In this document: positions 38,915 through 48,250 of the stretch, one piece after another
Layout of the letters: each line of letters starts with the position of its first letter
Numbering within the stretch: the stretch's first letter is position 1
From: Octopus bimaculoides
Taxonomy: Eukaryota
DNA length: 48,250 nt
NCBI RefSeq assembly: GCF_001194135.2
Contig: NC_068994.1
Location: 53,240,810 to 53,289,059 of the forward strand
Direction: 5' to 3'
Notes under the pieces: model-generated
What the model was told of the DNA's origin: nothing
What the model saw: only the letters and a program-made list of their open reading frames with translations
Databases searched by the model: none
Made by a program: the position numbers and the translations under genes

Positions 38915-39106
38915 GGAGGCGCAATGGCCCAGTGGTTAGGGCAGCGGACTCGCGGTCGGAGGATCGCGGTTTCGATTCCTAGACCGGGCGTTGTGTGTGT
39001 TTATTGGGCGAAAACACCTAAAGCTCCACGAGGCTCCGGCTGAGGGTGGTAGCGACCCTGTTTCACTCTTTCACCACAACTTTCTCTGACTCTTACTTCC
39101 TGTTTC
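38915..39106 (+). mobile_element. tRNA-derived SINE family D (family C-like head, different body)
   Basis: GGAGGCGCAATGGCCCAGTGGTTAGGGCAGCGGACTCGCGGTCGGAGGATCGCGGTTTCGATTCCTAGACCGGG with clear A/B boxes. No acceptor stem or cloverleaf completion, so a SINE and not a tRNA gene. Confidence 0.85.
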
Positions 39107-39611
39107 AGTAGCACCAACCACAAGGGGATAAAATAAAGTAAACCCGAATGTGCAGCCAACACAACAGTAGCAACAACAGAAGATGTAGCAGGACCCTTTG
39201 AATTACAGGCACAACAGAAACACTTATCCTTTCTCTCCAAATAATGTTAGTGATCTATCGCATACTTTTAAGGTTGAGTCTCTGCACTTCCATTCTGCGT
39301 TCCCACCAGTTCTAGTAGGATGTTGAAATCGAGTTGACAGTCTCCTCATACTCCTTGTGAGGTATCACAGTTATCCCCTGCCTCGTTCAGGACAGCAGTA
39401 ATAAACTCTCATCGGAAGAGCATGCTCGACAATTTTCGTAGCTTTCTCGTCGCTAAAGCATAAGACCAACACTGTCCCATGTTGCTTTCTTTTCATAACG
39501 TGCCATGTACTCCGCTTCACTTCCTTCATTTTCACAAACAATATACAAACAGGTGGAAGAGCAACAACAATATCGGTTAGTGCAACAACTGTCACTTTTC
39601 ACTGTTTACTT

Positions 39612-41250
39612 CCCGATCAAACCTGATGTCGCAAGTCCAAGATCAAAGGCATATCATACCTAAATATTTCTGCCGGATTTCAGATTCATCTGGATTTCTA
39701 ACTTCGACCTTAAGTTACTTTTAGCAGAGCCCGTTCAGCTGACATCAGTCGAGCCACGTATCCTGCTTTTCTCTCTTTTTGACCTTTTTCGAAAAGAATC
39801 CCTTATAAATGGTCACGAACGCTCCTCTTCCTCTTCTGATAAGCTCGTAGGGAAAAAAGGCTACGTTTCTGAATTCGGAAGGTTTGGCTGCCATTACGAG
39901 CAGGTCGAATTACCACGTAGAGAGTCGTTGGCGTCTTGACGTTGTTATTGCAGTTGTTAAAGTTGTTTCGACCTAAATTAGTTCAGATGCAGTGTACCTA
40001 TGAAAAAAAAGGTGTTCCTACCATGTCCAGACCATCTTTTCTTTAAACATTTAATTGGAACTACAGTATCCAATATGTCCTGTTCTTTTTTTTGTCTTTA
40101 ACATGCCAGAAAGATTTGAGAGATATTTATTATTACTAGCAGGACGAAACACCACAGAGCGAATTTGTCATTGATTTGTATTGATTTGTTTAACTCCAGC
40201 TCATGCTCGTCTTTTATTTCCTATGTGCAGTGTGCCTACAACTATATTTTTCAGTGCGTTCCTTAAAAGGTTGGGGTAAGATTTCTGATAGATTTTGCTG
40301 CTATTTCGAGCATAGCTAGCGACCAGGAAGAGGTTCATTTTGAACTTGTTACAGCAACTGCAGCACTTGCTGTTGTTAAAGTTTTGTTGCTATCACAACT
40401 ATTGTTGATGTTACTATTGCTCTTGATCAAAAATAATTCACCCATTACCATCCAGTACTTTTGTTTTCACGGGGTTAATGCATTGTGTATTGCGTACTCC
40501 TTTTTAAGAAAACAATACGGAGTGATTTCAAGTAGAGTTCGTTGCTATTTCTAGGAAGTTGAGCGACCACGTACAGGTCCCTTCGTTGATTCATGAACAT
40601 TTGTCGTCAGTGTTTAGCTGCAATTTCTATTGTTTTGGTTTAATCTGCTGCTATTTATGGTGCTGAGGCTGCAATTTTTGGTGCTGATATCGCAGTTTTC
40701 GTTGCTGCTGCAGTTTATTATGCTACTGCTGCTGTTTTGGATGCTACTATTTCTGCTGCAGAAGCTTTCTGTTGCTGCTGCTGCTATATTTTCCGTTGCT
40801 GCTGTAGATGCCGTTTTACCGCCACTTCTGCTACGCTTTGTCTATTGAACAACAGATGCCGCTGCTATCGATGCTGAATGTAATGTTGCTACTCGTTGCT
40901 CGTCTGTTAGTTGCATTATACAGCGTGTCATACGATGAATTGATTCGGTCCCTGATATGTTACTGGTATTTATTTTGTTGTCCTTTGGAAGGATGAAAGT
41001 TAATGCGAAATCAACTCTGAAATCAATATAAAAAGTAAACATAACTTTCACAAACCAAATTGTCTGTCGTTCCACCGATTCTTGTATCCTCGGATCTATC
41101 AACGACAACAATAACAAATTTGTATTAGTGGTGAGGGTGATAGCAGCGGCGTCGGTGGTGGTGGTGGTGGTAGGGATATTTAGCAGCAGGTTAGGCCTAG
41201 TCAATCAAACTTATGATCAACAGATATCATGGCCAGGATCCTCACTTCTA
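39612..41250 (-). mobile_element. Cluster of 4-6 family E repeat copies interleaved with (GTT)n
   Basis: Shared + strand motif TTTGGCTGCTATTTCTAGCAGGTCGAGCGACCACGTAGAG in diverged forms at 39881-39930, 40291-40333 and 40536-40588. The upstream part (GACCTATGATCAAAGG...CCAGCCATGACCATC-like) is at 39612-39665, 39960-40040 and 41185-41250. Confidence 0.65.
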
Positions 41251-41269
41251 TCTTTGATTTATCATCTTT

Positions 41270-41612
41270 TAGCTGTTTCACTCATTAGTGTGGCCATACT
41301 GGGGCACTGGCTTGAAGAATTTTTAGCCGAATGAATCNNNNNNNNNNNNNNNNNNNNNNNNNNNNNNNNNNNNNNNNNNNNNNNNNNNNNNNNNNNNNNN
41401 NNNNNNNNNNNNNNNNNNNNNNNNNNNNNNNNNNNNNNNNNNNNNNNNNNNNNNNNNNNNNNNNNNNNNNNNNNNNNNNNNACATGCTACAGGTTTCTTT
41501 CGGTTTCCCTCTACCAAATCCATTCACAAGGCTCTGGTTGGACCGAGGCTATAGTAGAAGACACTTGCCCAAGTTGCCAGCAATGGGACGGAACCCACAA
41601 CCATGTGGCTGG
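41270..41612 (-). mobile_element. SINE family A spanning an assembly gap
   Basis: TTTCGGTTTCCCTCTACCAAATCCATTCACAAGGC...GAGGCTATAGTAGAAGACACTTGCCCAAG is the reverse complement of the family A 5' half. A 3'-end-like GTTTCACTCATTAGTGTGGCCATACTGG lies before the gap. Confidence 0.8.
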
Positions 41613-41789
41613 AATTAGGTAGTTGAATATATATATCCCATGTAGCTTGTCATTTTTTTTTTCACATAGGAGCGTGTCCGTTGGGTGCTCTTTCTGGAAG
41701 ATCGTGTCGCTGCTTACCAGATCCCTTGTTTTCATGTAGTAATAGTTGTTGTTATTGTCGTTGCACCAGCTGATGTATCCATAAGAGGT

Positions 41790-42900
41790 TGATTAAATAT
41801 CGCCAAGTATTTTCTCTGACGCTCTAACGATTCAGCTCCCCATCGCTGGAATGGTAATGGTTTCAAAGTTTAGCACAATTCCAGTAATTTCGGGGTGGGT
41901 TGATGTCGAATATATCAACGCCAGTTTTCAACTGGTAATTTTATCGACCGCGATCAATGAAAGGCGAAGTCAACCACGACTGAATTTTGAACTCAGAACT
42001 AAAGACGAACGAAATGCCGCAAAGCATTTTGTCCGGCATGCTAACGATTCTACCAGCGTATGCCGCTCCAAAAGTAATAACTTTTTCTAAGTTAGGCAAA
42101 GAGATTAAATCGATACTATAGCGTCTAATATTTCACATGTACAGTAATTCCTCGGCTATCGCGGATGTTACGTTCCAAGCCCCCTCGCGATAGCTGAAAA
42201 TCCGCGAAGTAGATACAGTACCGTACTGTATATTTTTTTTATTACTTTTATAATTTGTATATATTTATTTTGTTATAAATACAAAACATCACCATAGAGA
42301 AATCGACGTAAGCTTAAATAATAAACCGAGATAGGTGAACCGCGATATGGCGAGGTATTACTGTATTATATTTTATCGTGTCGAAAGCATGAAACGTAAA
42401 GTTGGCTCGGTGGAATTTGAACTCAGAATATAAAGACCACGAACAACTACCAAAAGGTATTTCTTCTGATGCTCTAACGATTCAGCTAGCTGTGGAAATG
42501 TCTCAGCTTATGGCACAGAACCAGCAGTTTTAGAATGGGGGTGTTTAGTGGATTAAATCAACCCTCAGTTCTTCGCTGCTAGTTTGTTTTATCGATCCAT
42601 GGAAAGCATGAAAAAACAAAATTGACCTCAGAACTTAAAGAGCCGGAAGAAATGACGCTAAGCATTTTGTCTGATAATCAAGCGATTCTACCAATCCACT
42701 ACCCACAAATAATAATAAATTCTTATTTTGGCGGCGCAAAACAAGCAATTTTAAGGGGAGGTGTGAAGTAGATTACATAGATGCCTGCTTTTTACTTTTA
42801 TCGATAAAATATAATACCAGTCAAGTACTTGGGTCGACGTAACCCATTTGCCCTATGATTTTAATATCGTTACTCTTGTGGCAAAATTTGAAACTATTAT
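41790..42900 (-). mobile_element. Cluster of 4-5 family B SINE copies or fragments
   Basis: GAATTT(T)GAACTCAGAA cores at ~41982, ~42413 and ~42625, and CTAACGATTC/AGCGATTC heads at ~41823, 42041, 42474 and 42681. Confidence 0.8.
42142..42363. mobile_element. Tigger/pogo-type MITE with TA target duplication
   Basis: TA|CAGTAATTCCTCGGC-TATCGCGG ... CCGCGATATGGCGAGGTATTACTG|TA. 24-bp TIRs with 2 mismatches and 1 gap, 222 bp total. Confidence 0.9.
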
Positions 42901-43262
42901 TAGTTTGTTTTTATTTTTGTCCTTGCTTGTTAGACACAAACGCTTAGGGAGAGAGAGCTACTACAAAAGACAAGATACATAGGGAGAACTTACATAAAAA
43001 CATTCAAATAATAAACACTGATATAAACGTATTTACTTAGATGGAAGGCGAGGAGTTTTTTGCCTTCCGTTTTTGTTAATACTGACTTCTTTATTTTATA
43101 CTTGCTTTTGCTGTGTGTTTCTCTGTCTCGCATCGACATACTTACTGTAGAGAAAACCAGGATAAAAAAAAGCACCACATAAAGCGAAATCACACAACAA
43201 ACCCAAAGTGCAACGAATAATATCAGACATACAACTCACAGCATGGCATATTACATTCGTAG

Positions 43263-43316
<54 letters not shown>

Positions 43317-43945
43317 TATGTATATGGATATGTATATGGATATGTATACATATATATACGTATATATATCTATATATATGCATATATATACATATACACA
43401 TATATGTATACACATACATATACCTGTATACACACATATATATATACATATATGTACGCAGATATATATATATTCACGCACACATACATATGTACACATA
43501 AATATATGCATATATATTTACATACATATATATATGTATGTATATATATATGCACATATATTTATATACATACATATATGCATACATATGTGTATGTATG
43601 TATGTAAGTTGTGTTTGTTTTACTGACAAAAACACTTATTTTTCATATTTTCTTTTAACTTTGGAAACTTTCTTTTTTATACTTTTTCACTTTTTTTATC
43701 TTTCATTTGCATTTCAACATTATCATTTTATTTTCCCTTTCATTGTCCTTTCACTGTCTTTTTTCTCTCTTTCTCTTTCTCTCTTTCTCTCTCGCTCTCT
43801 CTCTCATTCTTTTTCTGTCTTTCTAAATTCATATTAAACTCATTCACACTTTCAAACTTGGCTTTCTCTTTAACTTGAATTTCTCTATACAATTCTCGCA
43901 CACACATACGCACGCACTTTCATTTAATAGTGAGCAGATGCGTGT

Positions 43946-43991
<46 letters not shown>

Positions 43992-44128
43992 GAAAGATAT
44001 ATATATATGTGCGTCTGTATACATAAGTAGTCAGGTAGAAAGGTAAAGAGAATACACACGTTTGTGTGTGTGTGTGTGTTTGTGTGTGTGTATACACGCA
44101 AACTATTTAATAATATATATAAAGTATA

Positions 44129-44459
44129 GGCGCAGGAGTGGCTGTGTTGTGAGAGGCTTACTTCCCAACTATAACATTCGGGGTTCAGTCCCACTGCGTG
44201 GCACCCAGGGCAAGTGTCTTCTACTATAGCCTCGGGCCGACCAAGGCCTTGTGAATGGATCTGATAGACGGAAACGGAAAGAAGTATGTATGTATTTGTG
44301 TTCCTCCACTCTCGTTTGACAACGGATGTTGGTGTGTTTACGTCTCCGTAGCCTAGCGGTTCGACAAAAGAGTCCGATAGAATGAGTACTAGGCTTACAA
44401 ACAATAAGTCCACAGGTCGCAGTCAAATGACTGAAACAAGTCAGAGAATAAAAGAATAT
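44129..44459 (+). mobile_element. Near full-length SINE family A
   Basis: GGCGCAGGAGTGGCTGTGTTG...GGGTTCAGTCCCACTGCGTGGCACCCAGGGCAAGTGTCTTCTACTATAGCCTCGGGCCGACC...CAGTCAAATGACTGAAACAAG...ATAAAAGAATA. Confidence 0.92.
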
Positions 44460-44545
44460 TTATGTGTGTATATGTGTATGTATATATACCTGTGTGTGTA
44501 TATATATATGAGTATATATAACCTTGTGTGTGTGTGTGTGTGTGT

Positions 44546-44599
<54 letters not shown>

Positions 44600-45967
44600 A
44601 TTCCACAGCTATCTAAAGTCAATCTACCTGTAAACAGTCTATATTTGTCTACATATATATATATCACTCCTTTTCTTTCTTTCAATCACACGCGTTGTTT
44701 CCTCCTTGCTCGCTCTCTCTCTTTCTGGTGCTTCTCACACACCGGTCTCTCCACTTAATCACTCTCTCTTACTCGCTCACACGTTTTCTCTCACTCACAC
44801 ACACACACGTACGCAGTTATGCCTTCACTTGCACATACATACAAGAATGAAAGAAATACAGACCTACTTTATGTCCAAAACACACACATACATATATCTA
44901 ATTACAGAAAAACGCACATAGACGCACCTGTACATTGCCACAACCATGCGCCGACCAACGCGCAATTACATACAAATAATATGCAAGAACTGTGATAATC
45001 GCTACAGATGTTTGGCACAGTTTAGCAAACGGATTTATAGAAATAGTGAAAGAAAAAGAAAACAAAAAAGAAATTCTTGAAAGAAAATACATAGTCACTT
45101 ATACACGTACACCTATTTCCATTCATTGACACACTAACACCATAACACAATCAGGCAAGAGTATATATATANNNNNNNNNNNNNNNNNNNNNNNNNNNNN
45201 NNNNNNNNNNNNNNNNNNNNNNNNNNNNNNNNNNNNNNNNNNNNNNNNNNNNNNNNNNNNNNNNNNNNNNNNNNNNNNNNNNNNNNNNNNNNNNNNNNNN
45301 NNNNNNNNNNNNNNNNNNNNNNNNNNNNNNNNNNNNNNNNNNNNNNNNNNNNNNNNNNNNNNNNNNNNNNNNNNNNNNNNNNNNNNNNNNNNNNNNNNNN
45401 NNNNNNNNNNNNNNNNNNNNNNNNNNNNNNNNNNNNNNNNNNNNNNNNNNNNNNNNNNNNNNNNNNNNNNNNNNNNNNNNNNNNNNNNNNNNNNNNNNNN
45501 NNNNNNNNNNNNNNNNNNNNNNNNNNNNNNNNNNNNNNNNNNNNNNNNNNNNNNNNNNNNNNNNNNNNNNNNNNNNNNNNNNNNNNNNNNNNNNNNNNNN
45601 NNNNNNNNNNNNNNNNNNNNNNNNNNNNNNNNNNNNNNNNNNNNNNNNNNNNNNNNNNNNNNNNNNNNNNNNNNNNNNNNNNNNNNNNNNNNNNNNNNNN
45701 NNNNNNNNNNNNNNNNNNNNNNNNNNNNNNNNNNNNNNNNNNNNNNNNNNNNNNNNNNNNNNNNNNNNNNNNNNNNNNNNNNNNNNNNNNNNNNNNNNNN
45801 NNNNNNNNNNNNNNNNNNNNNNNNNNNNNNNNNNNNNNNNNNNNNNNNNNNNNNNNNNNNNNNNNNNNNNNNNNNNNNNNNNNNNNNNNNNNNNNNNNNN
45901 NNNNNNNNNNNNNNNNNNNNNNNNNNNNNNNNNNNNNNNNNNNNNNNNNNNNNNNNNNNNNNNNNNN

Positions 45968-45999
<32 letters not shown>

Positions 46000-46254
46000 T
46001 ACAGCTGATATTTAAAACTATTGATATTACCAATAACTATTATTACTAAAGATTGTTGTTGTTTTCGTTGGTTTTAGGTTGTTTCTGCTATTGTTGATAA
46101 TATTACACAGCTGTCGATAATGCCGCTCTGTATATCGATGTGATTGTTGTTGCTGTTGTGAGCTGAGCAAGTTGTTTGTGTTTATATACTTTTATTTCAT
46201 TACTTCTTTGATTTTGTTCGTTTTTGAAGGTTGTTTTTTAATTAGATTTTTATA

Positions 46255-46444
46255 GTTGTTTAGTACCTGGTCGATCCAGATTTTGATAAGCTTATCATAA
46301 AAGTCATTCAGCCACGACCATCCTGTATTTTCTTCGGGACGGTTTCATCTAGGTCTACATTTATACAATATTTTTTCTTGCTTTCTAAGAAAAATGTAAT
46401 TCAAGGTAAATTCAGTTGCCATTTCTAGCAAGTTTCATAACCAC
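46255..46444 (-). mobile_element. Family E repeat copy downstream of a (GTT)n sea
   Basis: AAGTCATTCAGCCACGACCATCC...TCTAGGTCTACATT...TTCAGTTGCCATTTCTAGCAAG...ACCAC. Confidence 0.6.
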
Positions 46445-46679
46445 TTCTTTATTTTGTTATACTTGCTGTTATTCTTATTCATTTATTTATTTATTTATTT
46501 ATTTATTTATTTCCATTTTACTTTGGATTTTCGTTCACTACAAAACTCGCGTTGATAGATTCAAATAGGAAAGAAAAACAAAAAGGAACGATTTTTTCCT
46601 CGTCGACATCGTTAACACCAAGCAATTAATACTAACAACAACAATTATTTTTCCTAAATGCGACACATGGCTAGCAATT

Positions 46680-47306
46680 AATTGCAGAGGTCAAGCTGGT
46701 TGCATCGACCTCAGTACTTCACTGGCGCTTCAGTTTTATCAACCCCGAAAGGATAATTAGCAAAGTCGAATTCGGTGGAATTCGAACTCAAAACGCAATA
46801 AATCGAAAGAAAGTCCGCAGGACATTTTGTCCGCCTTGATAATATTAAAATTAATGATAATAATAATAATAATAATTCTTTCTGCACAAGGCCTGAAATT
46901 TTGGAGGTGGGGCCTTGTCGAATTACATCGCCCCCAGTGTTAAACCGGTACTTAAAAGGATGAAAGGGAAAATTGACCTCGGCGGAATTTGAATTCAGAA
47001 CGTATCGACGGACTAAATGTTAAGTGTTTTGTCCGGCTTGCTAACGATTCTGCCAGTTGATCGCCTTAACGGTTAATTATTATTAATTATTACTATTAAT
47101 AATAATAATTATTATCTTTTCTACTATAAGCACAAGATAAGCCGATTACATCGATCCTAGTGTTCAACTGGTACTTAATTTATCGACCCTGAGACGATGA
47201 AAGGCAAAGTCGACCTCGGCAGAATTTGAACTTAGAACGTAGCAGCAGACGAAATACCGCTAAGCATTTTGCCCGGCGTGCTAACGATTCTGCCAGCTCG
47301 CCGCAT
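46680..47306 (-). mobile_element. Three head-to-tail family B SINEs separated by (TAA)n
   Basis: Copies at ~46680-46836, 46880-47070 and 47128-47306, each with AAAGTCGACCTCGGC.GAATTTGAA.TCAGAACG-type cores, with TAATAATAA spacers between them. Confidence 0.9.
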
Positions 47307-47599
47307 TTAGAACATTACCATTAATAATAATAATAATAATAAAGATTTCTTAGCGACATGTGCAGCTTCATCAATAAAAACATTTACTATCCAATGACGT
47401 AACATATAAATAATTATATAAATGGTTTTACACAAACACACACACACAAATTTTTAAATATTTCCACGTAAAAACAACGCAGCACGTTCGACAATATTTA
47501 CGCTTTCGGTATTTGTCAGCAGCGCAAATCAAACACAAACGACACATTACGATAGAAGTTAATTAGATCTATGAACACTGACGTGCAAAAATTACATAC

Positions 47600-47630
<31 letters not shown>

Positions 47631-47654
47631 ATACGAATTAATAATAGTAGTAAA

Positions 47655-47706
<52 letters not shown>

Positions 47707-48205
47707 GTAATAATAATAATGATAATAATAGTTGCAGAAACAGCAGCAGCAGTAGCTGCAATATATTAAAGGCGGATAAAATACATTCAGTATTTCATTT
47801 CTCGTTTTATAACATTTTATACACTTAGTTTCACTGATTCCGTCTCTCTGACACTTTCTCTCTCTCCTCTCCTCTCTCCTTCTTTCTCCAATTCTCTCTT
47901 CTGATCCTCCTTCTCTCCTACTTTCTGCCCCCTCGTCTCTCCTTCCGTCCTTCTTCTTCTCTTCCACTCTTACCGCACCCACCCATACATACATACACAC
48001 ACCTACATACATACATACATACATCAGTATATATCACTCCATCACACGCACAAGCTGCACATACGCACACTGGCAACAAATACACGCTCTCTTACATTCA
48101 TTCACACACACATACAAAAACAGTACACAAACGCACGTACAAACGCACACGCTCATACACACACCACACACACACACACATACACACACACACCACATAC
48201 AGACA

Positions 48206-48250
<45 letters not shown>

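Noticed and set aside
38915-38990. Possible tRNA gene
   Set aside because: A and B boxes are present, but there is no acceptor-stem pairing and it continues into a SINE body. The same head occurs at 24292 and 31101.
46680-47306. CRISPR-like or prokaryotic repeat-spacer array
   Set aside because: The units are ~200-bp diverged SINEs in a eukaryotic context, with no short identical repeats, unique spacers or cas genes.

Overview
AT-rich eukaryotic genomic DNA from a gapped draft assembly, dominated by microsatellites and transposon debris. The tRNA-derived SINE families resemble, from memory, those of octopus/coleoid cephalopods (inference, not a database result). No host protein-coding exon could be identified with confidence, so the window reads as a large intron or intergenic region, and almost all ORF-track entries are translated microsatellites, N-runs or SINEs. 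Hand translation of all frames gave these protein-level relics: an RTE-clade LINE RT (~12.3-13.5 kb, +), a D34D mariner C-terminus with its TIR (18.8-19.3 kb, +), an uninterrupted Tc1 DNA-binding-domain ORF (22269-22649, +), a Merlin/IS1595-like DDE transposase (27.1-27.75 kb, -), two Penelope-like element (PLE) fragments (32.6-33.1 and 35.3-35.6 kb, -) and weak CR1-like pieces. There are also three MITEs and at least four SINE-like families. The most notable non-coding signal is a minimal hammerhead-ribozyme-like motif (33229-33263) between the PLE fragments, with a second partial motif downstream of the PLE ORF end. Other observations are a minisatellite made of STAT/GAS-like motifs and same-orientation clusters of retroposons inside their own tail microsatellites.
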